Source: Candidatus Cloacimonadales bacterium
GTDB taxonomy: Bacteria > Cloacimonadota > Cloacimonadia > Cloacimonadales > JAIOQZ01
Direction of reading: 5' to 3'
Length of the DNA stretch: 64,000 nucleotides
Assembly: GCA_963674825.1 (NCBI GenBank)
Contig: OY771587.1
Span: 1,152,001 to 1,216,000, forward strand
Part shown: positions 19,465 to 29,727 of the stretch, in pieces
Layout: each line of letters starts with the position of its first letter
Numbering within the stretch: the stretch's first letter is position 1
Translations under genes and position numbers: made by a program
Notes under the pieces: model-generated
Told to the model about the DNA's origin: nothing
Database searches by the model: none
What the model saw: only the letters and a program-made list of their open reading frames with translations

Positions 19465-20799
19465 ATGGTATCAGGTGGACTTGCCTTATTATTTCTACTT
19501 ATAGCCATCGTTTTAATCATTGTACTGACCAGTACGGCGAAAATGAACGCTTTTGTCGTGTTACTCCTTGTCGCAATTCTGTACGGTCTTTCGGTCGGCT
19601 TGCCGCTGGGAGACATCATCACCAATGTCAGAAACGGGTTCGGCGGAACGCTGGGCTACATCGGAATTGTCATTGTCGCGGGAACCATCATCGGCACCAT
19701 CTTGGAGAAGACCGGCGCCGCGATCTCGATGACCAATGCAATTCTGAAAATCGTTGGTAAGAAAAACTCGCCCCTGGCAATGAGCATTGCCGGTTACGTC
19801 GTATCAATCCCCGTGTTCTGCGACTCGGGCTACGTGATTTTGACACCGCTCAACAAAGCGCTGGCGCAAAAGACAGGCCGCTCCATGGCGGTGATGGCGG
19901 TCGCCCTCTCAACGGGTCTCTATGCCACACACTGCCTTGTGCCGCCCACACCGGGCCCCATCGCGGCAGCCGGTATCCTCGGCGCGGAATTGGGGCAGGT
20001 TATCCTCTGGGGTATTATTGTTTCCATTCCGGGTATGTTCGCCGGCTATATCTGGGCGATCACCGTTGCAAAGCGCTTTGAAATCACGCCTGTCCTGGAG
20101 GAAACCTACGACAGTCTCATGACCAAGTACGGCAAGCTGCCATCGGCATTCCTCTCCTTCCTTCCGCTCCTTGTACCAATTATCCTCATCTTGCTCAAGT
20201 CGCTTGCAAACCCCAAACTCGGTATCATGTCCGAAGGTGGATTCGCGAACTTCCTCAACTTCATCGGTGACCCCGTTACCGCGCTGCTCATCGGCGTATT
20301 CCTGGCATTACTGCTGGTCAAGAAGGAAGACCTCGGCGCAGCCGTTAGCGACTGGATGGGACACGGCGTCAAAAGCGCAGCACTGATCTTGGCGATCACC
20401 GGTGCCGGCGGAGCTTTCGGGTCGATCCTGAAGGCATCTCCTATGGCTGGGTTCCTCGGCGACACCATGTCTGGCTGGAACCTGGGCATCTTCCTGCCGT
20501 TCATCATCGCGGCAGCACTCAAGACCGCGCAGGGATCGTCAACCGTAGCGATCATCACCACATCTTCCATCATGGCGCCCCTGATGACCGGTCTCGGACT
20601 CCAACCCGCGCTTACCGTTCTCGCGATCGGTGCCGGCGCAATGACCGTCAGTCACGCGAACGACTCCTATTTCTGGGTTGTCAGCCAGTTCAGCGACATG
20701 AAAGTATCGGTGGCCTACCGGGCCTACACATCAGCGACGCTCATCCTGGGTATCGTATCCATTATCTGCGTCGCAATCCTGTCGATCTTCATTCACTAA
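19465..20799 (+). CDS. GntP family permease (sugar acid/glycerate)
   Basis: IPVFCDSG, HCLVPPTPGP, ITGAGGAFG, AQGSSTVA, SHANDSYFW; GGAGG RBS. Confidence 0.93.
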   Translation: MVSGGLALLFLLIAIVLIIVLTSTAKMNAFVVLLLVAILYGLSVGLPLGDIITNVRNGFGGTLGYIGIVIVAGTIIGTILEKTGAAISMTNAILKIVGKKNSPLAMSIAGYVVSIPVFCDSGYVILTPLNKALAQKTGRSMAVMAVALSTGLYATHCLVPPTPGPIAAAGILGAELGQVILWGIIVSIPGMFAGYIWAITVAKRFEITPVLEETYDSLMTKYGKLPSAFLSFLPLLVPIILILLKSLANPKLGIMSEGGFANFLNFIGDPVTALLIGVFLALLLVKKEDLGAAVSDWMGHGVKSAALILAITGAGGAFGSILKASPMAGFLGDTMSGWNLGIFLPFIIAAALKTAQGSSTVAIITTSSIMAPLMTGLGLQPALTVLAIGAGAMTVSHANDSYFWVVSQFSDMKVSVAYRAYTSATLILGIVSIICVAILSIFIH

Positions 20800-20849
20800 A
20801 TTATATAAGCGCCCCGCGGTTACCAGCTGCGGGGCGAATCTTCAACACA

Positions 20850-21506
20850 ATGAGCATATTCGACTCAATCCATCTCGCATGGTGGAAACGCCGTGCCTTG
20901 AATACCTTCGTTTCAGGCCAGCATGAAGCCGCACTGAAGTACTTCTCCCTCATCAAGAATCGTTGGCCCGACTTCCCCGGAATCGATTACAACCTCGGGC
21001 TGACCGCGCTTGCGCTGGGACGATTTCAGCAGGCAGAGGCGTATCTTCTGGACGCACGCAAGCACGATTCATCGTACGCGGTGCTGCGCGCCCTCGCTGA
21101 TCTGTACTACTTCAGCGGCGACCGTAAAACGGCAATTACATCATACAAGGAAGCGAAACGAGAGGTCCCGCAGGCCAAGGAAAAGAAGATGATCGAGAAG
21201 CGGATTGCCACATGCGGGGATGCTGTGAAATACCGGCTGGCACAGCAAGGCTGGGAGGCATTCAATCGGGCAGTTGAGATGGAAAAGCAAGGCAAGAAGG
21301 ACGAAGCCGCCACACTTTACGAAGAGGCTCTCCGTATGGATGAAACCAACTTTATCGCGGCCAACAACCTTGGCGGCTACTGCATGAATCAACTGTCGGA
21401 TTATCCACGCGCACTCAGCTTCTTCCGGGCAGCGGACGCGCTCGCGGATCATCCGGTAGTCAAGACCAACATCGCCAAACTGCAACAACTATTGGAGGCA
21501 TCATGA
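20850..21506 (+). CDS. Tetratricopeptide repeat protein
   Basis: YNLG..ALALGRFQQA, LADLYY..GD…A, NNLG TPR patterns. Confidence 0.8.
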   Translation: MSIFDSIHLAWWKRRALNTFVSGQHEAALKYFSLIKNRWPDFPGIDYNLGLTALALGRFQQAEAYLLDARKHDSSYAVLRALADLYYFSGDRKTAITSYKEAKREVPQAKEKKMIEKRIATCGDAVKYRLAQQGWEAFNRAVEMEKQGKKDEAATLYEEALRMDETNFIAANNLGGYCMNQLSDYPRALSFFRAADALADHPVVKTNIAKLQQLLEAS

Positions 21507-22855
21507 ACGATAAACTCGATCAAATCTTCCGAGCCGCACTGGAGCGCGTAGATCCCTATCTCATGCTGAAAAACGGGATCAGCCTCGAAAACGACACCCT
21601 TTGCGTAACCACCGAGCAGGAGAGCAAGAGCTTCAACCTCACCCAATTCGAGCGCATTATCGTGATCGGTACCGGCAAAGCCTCCTCAGTCATGGCCAAG
21701 GCAATCGAAGATATCCTGGGTGACCGGCTCGACGGCGGATTGATCAGCACCAAGTACGGCTTTGGTCAGGAACTCAAGCGGATCGAGATTATCGAAGCGG
21801 GGCATCCCGTTCCTGACGACAACAGCGCCATGGCCGCGAAGCGCATCGCCGAAATCGCCCGTAACGCCGACGAGAAAACGCTGGTTTTGTGCTTGATCTC
21901 CGGGGGTGGCTCGGCCCTGATGGCTGCTCCTTACGAGGACGAACGAACCCGGCTGAGTCTGGCCGACAAGCAGAACGTAACCAAGACGCTGCTCGCTTGT
22001 GGAGCGGATATCACCGAGATCAACTGCATGCGCAAGCACCTCTCGCTGGTCAAGGGCGGCAGGTTGGCTCAACTGCTCTATCCAGCCACAACCATCTGCC
22101 TGATCCTCTCCGATGTAGTCGGCGATAGCCTCGATACCATTGCCTCCGGGCCGACAGCTCCCGACGCATCGACCTTCCAGCAGGCGGATTCGATCATCCG
22201 CAAGTACGACATCCGCGAAGAGCTTCCGCCTCCGGCACGTCTGCTCCTGGAGCGTGGCGTAGCCGGCGACGCACCCGATACGCCCGATCCCGACAGCGAA
22301 GCCTTCAAGCGGGTAAACAACTTCCTCATCGGCACCAACTACCAGTCGCTGCTGGCAGCCGAACGCAAGGCCTGTGAGCTGGGATTTGACGTGCAGATTC
22401 TCACCGACTGCCTCGAGGGCGAAGCCAAAGAGGCGGCTCGATCGCTCTTCTCCTTAGCGCGGTACCATTGCCGGTATGGCGTGGAGAGGTCGCTGCTGCT
22501 GATCTTCGGTGGCGAGACGACCGTCACTCTCAGTCCCGACCACGGCAAGGGTGGACGCAACCAGGAGATGGCGCTGGCATTCCTGAACGAGCTCAAGCGC
22601 GCCGGATCCGCCATGCACGCCGCCACGCTGCTTGCTGCATCCACGGACGGCAATGACGGCCCGACCGACGCAGCCGGTGCCTGGGCCTCGCTGGATATCC
22701 TGCACAAAGCTGCTGACGCCGGGGTCGATCCCGCAGAATACCTCAAGCGCCACGACGCCTATCATTTCTACAACGCGATCGACGCCCTCTACAAGACCGG
22801 CCCCACACGCACCAATGTCGGCGACATCCAGTTGCTGCTGATCGAAAGGGAGTGA
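21503..22855 (+). CDS. Glycerate kinase type 2 (DUF4147/MOFRL)
   Basis: GTGKAS, HPVPD, LISGGGSAL, SDVVGD…IASGP, GGETTV, GGRNQE, TDGNDGPT, TGPTRTNV. Confidence 0.93.
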   Translation: MNDKLDQIFRAALERVDPYLMLKNGISLENDTLCVTTEQESKSFNLTQFERIIVIGTGKASSVMAKAIEDILGDRLDGGLISTKYGFGQELKRIEIIEAGHPVPDDNSAMAAKRIAEIARNADEKTLVLCLISGGGSALMAAPYEDERTRLSLADKQNVTKTLLACGADITEINCMRKHLSLVKGGRLAQLLYPATTICLILSDVVGDSLDTIASGPTAPDASTFQQADSIIRKYDIREELPPPARLLLERGVAGDAPDTPDPDSEAFKRVNNFLIGTNYQSLLAAERKACELGFDVQILTDCLEGEAKEAARSLFSLARYHCRYGVERSLLLIFGGETTVTLSPDHGKGGRNQEMALAFLNELKRAGSAMHAATLLAASTDGNDGPTDAAGAWASLDILHKAADAGVDPAEYLKRHDAYHFYNAIDALYKTGPTRTNVGDIQLLLIERE

Positions 22856-22880
22856 TGGCTCGTTTTTTTACAAAATAACC

Positions 22881-22945
22881 GTGTCATTGAGGGGATTCCT
22901 GGTTTTGCGTTCCTTAAAACCAACAACTGAGCGGAGTCGAAGGAC
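22881..22945. repeat. GTC…CTGAGCGGAGTCGAAGGAC-type palindromic repeat interrupted by a GGGATTC-hairpin insert
   Basis: CTGAGCGGAGTCGAAGG at 22927-22943; insert 22887-22924 with TGGTTTT/AAAACCA stem. Confidence 0.55.
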
Positions 22946-23088
22946 AAACGGTTGAAAACGTATTCAAACAGGCATCAACCCATAATCACTCAAAATAGAA
23001 GGGTATGCCTGCCAAACACAAAAGTTCTTGCCAAAACCATCCGTGTTGCAAAAATGGAACTCGAACTACACGCAACGAGGTGAACAGC

Positions 23089-25086
23089 ATGGATCGTTTT
23101 CAAATCGTATCGAAGTACCAACCCACCGGCGACCAGCCACAGGCGATCGAAGAGCTCGTTTCCGGGCTCAATAGCGGACTGAAGCACCAAACCCTGCTGG
23201 GCGTCACCGGCTCGGGAAAGACCTTCACCATCGCTAACGTGGTGGAGAAAATCAACCGGCCCACGCTGGTCATCTCGCACAACAAAACCCTCGCGGCGCA
23301 GCTCTACGGCGAATTCAAGCAGCTCTTCCCAAACAACGCCGTCGAGTACTTCATCAGCTACTACGACTACTATCAGCCCGAAGCCTACATCCCCGGTCGT
23401 GACCTCTACATCGAGAAGGATTCCGACATCAATAAGGAGATCGAGATGCTTCGCCTTCGCGCCACCATGTCCCTGATGGAACGGCGCGACGTGCTGATCG
23501 TGGCCAGCGTCTCCTGCATTTACGGCCTGGGCGTGCCGGAAGACTATCGCAACGCCCTCATCCGCATCCGCAAGGGTGACCAGATCGACCGCGACGAAAT
23601 GCTCCTCCGCCTGGTGCGTATACATTACGGACGCAACGACGTTGCCTTCGAGCGCGGCTGCTTCCGCGTGCAGGGCGATACCGTCGACATCTACCCCGCC
23701 TACATGGAACACTCTGTGCGGGTGGAGTTCTTCGGCGACGAAATCGAACGCATCCAGCGCATCAACCCCATCGACAACCACGTCATCGAAGAGGTGGACG
23801 AATACCCCATCTACCCGGCGAACCACTTTATCACCGGCGAGGACTCGCTCGAGAGCGCCATGTGCACCATCGAATCCGAGATGAACGAGCGCGTGAAATA
23901 CTTCCTCGATCGCAATATGTTCGTGGAAGCACAGCGTATCGAACAGCGCACCAAATTCGACATGGAGATGCTCAAGGAAATCGGCTTCTGCAGCGGTATC
24001 GAGAACTACAGCCGGCACCTCACTGGAGCCAAGCCCGGCGATCCGCCCTACTGCCTGCTCGACTACTTCCCTAAGGATTTCCTGATCGTCATCGACGAAT
24101 CGCACGCGACCCTGCCACAGGTGCATGCCATGTACGGCGGCGACTACACCCGTAAGAAAAACCTCGTCGAATACGGGTTCCGGCTGCCGTCCGCCTTCGA
24201 TAACCGTCCGCTCAAATTCCCCGAGTTCGAGAACCACATTAACCAGGTAATCTACGTCTCCGCCACCCCAGGCGACTACGAGATGGAGAAGACCGAGGGC
24301 GTCTTCACGGAGCAGGTGATCCGTCCCACCGGACTGCTCGATCCCGAAATCGAGATCAAACCAATCGCCACCCAGGTGGATGACCTTCTGGAGCAGATTC
24401 GCCAGCGAACCGCGAAGAAAGAGAAAGTGCTGGTCACGACCCTCACCAAACGAATGGCGGAAGATCTCTCCACTTACCTCACCAACGCCGGCGTCAACGC
24501 GCGTTACATGCATAGCGAAGTCGATACCATCGAGCGCTCCAAGATCATCCGCGATCTGCGCCTGGGTGAGTTCGACGTGCTGGTGGGGATCAACCTCCTG
24601 CGTGAGGGACTCGACCTGCCGGAAGTATCGCTCGTGGGCATCCTGGACGCAGACAAGATCGGGTTCCTGCGCTCAACGCGATCGTTGATCCAAACCGCCG
24701 GACGTGCAGCGCGTAACGTGAACGGAAAAGTCATCTTCTACGCTGACAAGATTACGCCGGCGATCAAGGAGACCGTCGAGGAGACCAACCGGCGCCGCGA
24801 AAAGCAGATCGCCTACAATATCGAGCACGGCATCACACCCAAGACCATCCTCAAGAGCATCGAGGATATCATGCTCTCGACGAGTGTGGCCGAAGGTTAC
24901 AAGGAAAAGGGTGCAAAACAGGAGAAGAAGCCCGACCGCGCCGAGTTCGAAGAATACCTGCACCTCGATTCGAAGGAAAAGATACTCAACCTGCTCAAGA
25001 AAGAGATGCAGCGTGCTGCACAGAGCCTCGATTTCGAAAAAGCCGCCGAACTGCGCGACCGCATCTACGAATTGCAGGAGATGTAG
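23089..25086 (+). CDS. uvrB: Excinuclease ABC subunit B
   Basis: [53 protein letters not shown]-terminal UVR coil; GAGGTG RBS. Confidence 0.98.
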   Translation: MDRFQIVSKYQPTGDQPQAIEELVSGLNSGLKHQTLLGVTGSGKTFTIANVVEKINRPTLVISHNKTLAAQLYGEFKQLFPNNAVEYFISYYDYYQPEAYIPGRDLYIEKDSDINKEIEMLRLRATMSLMERRDVLIVASVSCIYGLGVPEDYRNALIRIRKGDQIDRDEMLLRLVRIHYGRNDVAFERGCFRVQGDTVDIYPAYMEHSVRVEFFGDEIERIQRINPIDNHVIEEVDEYPIYPANHFITGEDSLESAMCTIESEMNERVKYFLDRNMFVEAQRIEQRTKFDMEMLKEIGFCSGIENYSRHLTGAKPGDPPYCLLDYFPKDFLIVIDESHATLPQVHAMYGGDYTRKKNLVEYGFRLPSAFDNRPLKFPEFENHINQVIYVSATPGDYEMEKTEGVFTEQVIRPTGLLDPEIEIKPIATQVDDLLEQIRQRTAKKEKVLVTTLTKRMAEDLSTYLTNAGVNARYMHSEVDTIERSKIIRDLRLGEFDVLVGINLLREGLDLPEVSLVGILDADKIGFLRSTRSLIQTAGRAARNVNGKVIFYADKITPAIKETVEETNRRREKQIAYNIEHGITPKTILKSIEDIMLSTSVAEGYKEKGAKQEKKPDRAEFEEYLHLDSKEKILNLLKKEMQRAAQSLDFEKAAELRDRIYELQEM

Positions 25087-25186
25087 GCCTCGCTCGAATT
25101 TCTCATCCGCAATCAACAAAGCTTCTTGACGAGATCGTGCGCGTTCTTCATATTTAACGAAAATGCATCAACCTGTGGAGCGCTGC

Positions 25187-26641
25187 ATGAAATTCCCATG
25201 TATCATACTGTTACTGTTGTACCTGTTTTGCTCAAGTGGCCTTAATGCCAGCATCGAAGATAAAATCAATGAAGAATATGCGACCACTTACAAGAACGCT
25301 TTCAAGGGTGACCCGGAAGCTGAATATAATGTCGGTATGTATTATATGCAGGGCAATTACGTAGAGAAGAACCCTTCGGTAGGACTTGAATGGTTGGAAA
25401 AAGCGGCAGAGCAAGGCTATGTAAATGCACAGCACGATCTTGGCTACTATCTGCTGTTCTCGTCAGAGGTTGCGCACGATTTTGATCGAGGTTTCTACTG
25501 GACGAAGAAAGCGGCAGAACAGGACTTTCCCATGTCTGTTAACAACCTTGGCGTGTGCTATCAAAACGGATATGGCGTGGAGATCGATTTTGACGAAGCG
25601 AACAAATATTTCCGGAAAGCAGCCAAACTGAACAACGCGAATTCAATGATGCTCCTGGGTTATAACTATTATAGCGGACTTGGCGTTGAGCAGGATTACG
25701 AAAAAGCACGGAAATACTATCAATGGGCCAGTGATCGCGATAACACCACGGCCCAGTATTTTCTTGGCGAGATGTACGCCGATGGCGTTGGCGTAGAGCA
25801 GGATTTCGGCAAAGCATACAGCCTGTTGATCAAGGCTTCTCTCGCCGGAGATACTGATGCCCAGTTCAAGCTGGCTACTATGATGGACAATGGGGAAGGC
25901 ATTGAGAAGAACGAGGTAGGTGCCTTTACGTGGTACAAAGCCGCCGCGAAACATGGACATCGAGGCGCAAAAACAACCGTTGGCGTTTGTTACTATAATG
26001 GAAGCGGTACTGAGAAAAATTACCCCCTCGCGTTGAAATGGACGGAAGAAGCTGCGAGTGAGGGATCGATTCAAGCGACCCACAACCTCGGTGTTTTCTA
26101 TAAGGACGGCGACGCCGTCGAGCAGAATCTTGAAAAAGCGTTCGAGTACTTCAAAACCGCCTCGGACAGTGGACACGCGGGTTCCACGTACCAGATGGGA
26201 ATGTGCTATCTTGATGGAAGCGGCACCAATCAAGATCAGGAAAAAGCCGTCGACTACATGATGAAGGCTATCGAGCTGGATCTTCCCATAGCATACACCC
26301 GTATGGGCCAGTTATATGAAAAGGGGTGGGGCGTTCCAAAAGATGAGCAGAAGGCGTTCGAATGGTACACCAAAGCTGCCGAGAAGGACAGCCCTGAAGG
26401 GAAACGTCGTTTGGGCAAATGCTACGATAACGGCATCGGTGTCGAGAAGAATAAATCCATCGCCACACGTTGGTATCAGCGTGCCAGAAGAGACGGTTAC
26501 TACTATCTTGACGAAGAGTACGATGATTTCGAGAAAAGGGATCAATATCGGTCCCTCCTCATTACATTTGCCAAAATCTTCGGTGTACAATTTCTGATCG
26601 CAATTATTGCCGTTGCTATTTACCGAATTCGAAAGAGGTAG
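25187..26641 (+). CDS. Sel1-like repeat protein with signal peptide and C-terminal membrane anchor
   Basis: Multiple A.YNLG..Y..G.GVE.D..KA..W…AAEQG repeats; C-terminal TM and RIRKR tail. Confidence 0.9.
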   Translation: MKFPCIILLLLYLFCSSGLNASIEDKINEEYATTYKNAFKGDPEAEYNVGMYYMQGNYVEKNPSVGLEWLEKAAEQGYVNAQHDLGYYLLFSSEVAHDFDRGFYWTKKAAEQDFPMSVNNLGVCYQNGYGVEIDFDEANKYFRKAAKLNNANSMMLLGYNYYSGLGVEQDYEKARKYYQWASDRDNTTAQYFLGEMYADGVGVEQDFGKAYSLLIKASLAGDTDAQFKLATMMDNGEGIEKNEVGAFTWYKAAAKHGHRGAKTTVGVCYYNGSGTEKNYPLALKWTEEAASEGSIQATHNLGVFYKDGDAVEQNLEKAFEYFKTASDSGHAGSTYQMGMCYLDGSGTNQDQEKAVDYMMKAIELDLPIAYTRMGQLYEKGWGVPKDEQKAFEWYTKAAEKDSPEGKRRLGKCYDNGIGVEKNKSIATRWYQRARRDGYYYLDEEYDDFEKRDQYRSLLITFAKIFGVQFLIAIIAVAIYRIRKR

Positions 26642-26644
26642 TTC

Positions 26645-28198
26645 ATGAAGATCATTGCACGCTCGCTGCTTTGTCTGATCATTCTGACAGGAGTCGTTTC
26701 GAACCTGTTCAGCCAGATCAACGTCGATGATTTCTACACGTCGTCAAGCCAGGATTCGCTGAAAGAGCAATACATGCTCGCGTGTTACATGTTCGAACAA
26801 TCGGCGGATGAAGAAGACCTCTCCGCTGCGTTCCAAGCGCTCGTCGCTGCGGCTGAAAGCGGCTACAGTATTGCACAGAGTGACCTCGGCGGGTGCTATG
26901 TCGATGGCTTTGGAACAGAAGTCGATTACGAAAAAGCCTTGTACTGGTTTCGTAAATCCGCAGAACAGGGCGAAGCACGCGCGATCTACAACCTCGGCTA
27001 CTGCTATGAAAATGGGCTCGGAGTAGAGAAGAATATCGATGAAGCGCTCGGATATTACCAGGCAGCCGTTGAAATGGGCCAGGAAGATGCCATATTCACC
27101 ATGGGCACAGCATATTATTACGGAACATACGTTGAAAAGGATATCGATAAGGCCCTGCAAATGATCCTCCCATTGGCTGAAAAAGGCATCCCGATTGCAG
27201 AAAACCTTATGGGTGTCATACAAGCCGAAGGTGACTTGGGAGAGCAGGATCTAGACGAAGCGGTGAGATGGTTCAAACTCGCGGCCAGTCATGGATGGTA
27301 TGAAGGGTATTATAATCTGGGAGTAGCCTACGAAAAAGGCTGGAGTGTGGAGCAAAGCTATTCCAACGCCTTCGAGATGTACGAAAAAGCCGCAAGGCTG
27401 GGGCATGCCCAAGCACAGTATTGGGTTGGAGCGTATCTCGATGAAGGCATCGGCGTCGAACAAGATAAAGAGCAAGCCAAGATATGGTATCAACTCGCCG
27501 CTGAACAGGGTTTCGTAAATAAGGAATACATGGATCCCGACACGGATGCTGGGAGAAGAACTGCTCTGCTAACCGTTATCATGGTCACGATTGGTTCATT
27601 TATGCTAATTCTGATTACCTTCTTTGCCTATCGGAACCACCTGAATAAGCGTGAATCTGCATTTCCTGATAAATCGGAGGACCAGAAGCTCTTCGAGGCG
27701 GTCTCGGCCCTTGCCGCTGAAGGTGATGTGGATGCCACGATCATGCCAGGTGATTTGTATGATCAGGGAGTTAGTGTCGAGATAAACCACAGCATGGCTT
27801 GCGAACAATATCGTAAAGCCGCGCACGAAGGCAATCCAAACGCCCAATGGAGATATGGTGGATGCCTGATGCATGGCAAAGGTACCGATAAAAATGATGA
27901 TGAAGCGATAGAATACTTCCGCAAATCGGCAGAGCAGGGCTGCGCGGAAGGGCAATTCCAGCTTGGATTCGCCTATCTGAAGGGAGCAGGCGTGGAAAAA
28001 GATCTCGAGGAAGCAGTCAAATGGTTCAAGCTGGCGGCGGAACATGACCACAAGAAAGCCCAATATTGCCTTGGCCGTTGCTACTCGGGTGGCTTGGGTG
28101 TCGAGCAGAATCACGGGGAGGCGGTCAAGTGGATGCGCAGCGCGACAAAGGCCGGAGCGATGCCGAAGGAAATTACGGATGCATTCGAAACAGAGTAA
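26645..28198 (+). CDS. Sel1-like repeat bitopic membrane protein
   Basis: Signal peptide, SLRs, internal TM (LLTVIMVTIGSFMLILITFFAY), further SLRs. Confidence 0.9.
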   Translation: MKIIARSLLCLIILTGVVSNLFSQINVDDFYTSSSQDSLKEQYMLACYMFEQSADEEDLSAAFQALVAAAESGYSIAQSDLGGCYVDGFGTEVDYEKALYWFRKSAEQGEARAIYNLGYCYENGLGVEKNIDEALGYYQAAVEMGQEDAIFTMGTAYYYGTYVEKDIDKALQMILPLAEKGIPIAENLMGVIQAEGDLGEQDLDEAVRWFKLAASHGWYEGYYNLGVAYEKGWSVEQSYSNAFEMYEKAARLGHAQAQYWVGAYLDEGIGVEQDKEQAKIWYQLAAEQGFVNKEYMDPDTDAGRRTALLTVIMVTIGSFMLILITFFAYRNHLNKRESAFPDKSEDQKLFEAVSALAAEGDVDATIMPGDLYDQGVSVEINHSMACEQYRKAAHEGNPNAQWRYGGCLMHGKGTDKNDDEAIEYFRKSAEQGCAEGQFQLGFAYLKGAGVEKDLEEAVKWFKLAAEHDHKKAQYCLGRCYSGGLGVEQNHGEAVKWMRSATKAGAMPKEITDAFETE

Positions 28199-29650
28199 TG
28201 GATGAAAACCACACGCGCAATCTTCTTTCTCGTACTGACGCTGTTCTCCATCGCCATATCGGCGAATCCGGTTATTGTACCGCAGGATTCGTTACGGCTG
28301 TATTTCCAGCACGATGAAGAATTTTTGATTCTGAATGACGCCGATAGCACCTTCAGCGGTTTCGATGCACTGAAGATCAAAGCTGAAACAGGTAACTTTG
28401 GAGCGCAGAGGGCACTTGCGTTCTACTATATGGAAGGTATCGACACCAAGAAGGACTCCGTTCAGGCATTCTACTGGTTCCAGAAGGCTGCTGAACAGAA
28501 TGACGAAGTAGCGGAATACAACGTCGGTTTGTGCTACAGCCAGGGCATCGGTGTTGAGCAGGATAAAGAAAAAGCCGTTGAGTATTTCCGCCGCGCAGCC
28601 CGGCATGGCATTGTCTCAGCTCAGTACAGCCTTGCCATGTGTTATTACGAAGGGGATGGTGTCGAGAAGAACTACAAGGAAGCATTTCGATGGTTCGATC
28701 AAGCGGCAAATGCTGACAATGAGTATGCCCAGCTCTACCTTTGCGGAATGTATTTAGCTGGCCAGGGAATTGAGAAGAGTCATCGGAAAGCATGGTCATA
28801 CATGAAAAAAGTCTTTATGAGCGGTAATAGGGAGCTCCAGGGCATTCAGATTCGTGCGTATAATGGCAAGTTCTCCATATTTCAGGAGTATGACATCAAT
28901 AAACTGATTGAGGAAGATAAATGGAGTGAGTTCTACGGCACCAAGGCTGAAGCAACCAAGGTTCAGACACGCGCAAAGAAACGTGAGCAGCTAAAAGTCC
29001 TAATCCTACCGTGGGAATTCTTCGTATTGATAGCAATCATTGCCAATGCTTTCAACCTTACCTTGAAACGCAGAAGAGGTGAACGTGTCATCGTGGAACC
29101 TCGACCTCTCACGATCAAGAAACCGGTGACCACGGGAGAAAATTTATATATTGACCTACGGAAGTTGAAAGAACGATCCCAGGGGGACGACGCAGAGGCA
29201 ATGTGCAAACTCGGAGATTGTTATATCCAGGGAGACGGCGTCCCTATCAACCTCTTCAAGGCCGTTGAGCTGTTCAGAAAAGCCGAGGCTTTGGGAAACC
29301 CGCTGGCTCAGTGCAGAATCGGCGAATCCTACATGAATTGCTGGTGTGTGGAGCGTGACGAAAAGAAGGCGGTCGAGTATTTCCGCAAATCGGCAGAGCA
29401 GGGCTGCGCGGAAGGGCAATTCCAGCTTGGATTCGTCTATCTGAAGGGAACAGGCGTGGAAAAAGATCTCGAGGAAGCAGTCAAATGGTTCAAGCTGGCG
29501 GCGGAACATGACCACAAGAAAGCCCAATATTGCCTTGGTCGTTGCTACTCGGGTGGCTTGGGTGTCGAGCAGAATCACGGGGAGGCGGTCAAATGGATGC
29601 GCAGCGAGACAAAGGCTGGAACGATGCCGAAGGAAATTACGGATGCATTC
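27917..29650 (+). repeat. 270-bp direct repeat: 27917-28186 and 29381-29650
   Basis: Manual alignment gives 7 mismatches in 270 nt and no gaps. Confidence 0.92.
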
Positions 29651-29653
29651 TGA
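28202..29653 (+). CDS. Sel1-like repeat bitopic membrane protein
   Basis: Signal peptide, SLRs, internal TM (VLILPWEFFVLIAIIANAF), further SLRs. Confidence 0.9.
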   Translation: MKTTRAIFFLVLTLFSIAISANPVIVPQDSLRLYFQHDEEFLILNDADSTFSGFDALKIKAETGNFGAQRALAFYYMEGIDTKKDSVQAFYWFQKAAEQNDEVAEYNVGLCYSQGIGVEQDKEKAVEYFRRAARHGIVSAQYSLAMCYYEGDGVEKNYKEAFRWFDQAANADNEYAQLYLCGMYLAGQGIEKSHRKAWSYMKKVFMSGNRELQGIQIRAYNGKFSIFQEYDINKLIEEDKWSEFYGTKAEATKVQTRAKKREQLKVLILPWEFFVLIAIIANAFNLTLKRRRGERVIVEPRPLTIKKPVTTGENLYIDLRKLKERSQGDDAEAMCKLGDCYIQGDGVPINLFKAVELFRKAEALGNPLAQCRIGESYMNCWCVERDEKKAVEYFRKSAEQGCAEGQFQLGFVYLKGTGVEKDLEEAVKWFKLAAEHDHKKAQYCLGRCYSGGLGVEQNHGEAVKWMRSETKAGTMPKEITDAF

Positions 29654-29727
29654 CCTATAAAAACTTGACGCATCAAATTTACCGATGATTTTTGTATGAT
29701 TGATTATAATACAACATGGAGACGAAC

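Noticed and set aside
22946..23088. LexA box upstream of uvrB; inverted repeat CAGGCAT…ATGCCTG
   Set aside because: No known SOS-box consensus; a single weak palindrome
22990..24513. 507-aa antisense ORF, and similar ones at 203-955, 1059-2069, 16875-17738 and 29704-30702
   Set aside because: Shadow frames opposite well-conserved genes with strong codon bias; no recognisable motifs
27917..29650. Possible DGR template/variable repeat pair
   Set aside because: 3 of the 7 mismatches are C/T and so not adenine-specific, both copies are coding, and no reverse transcriptase is present
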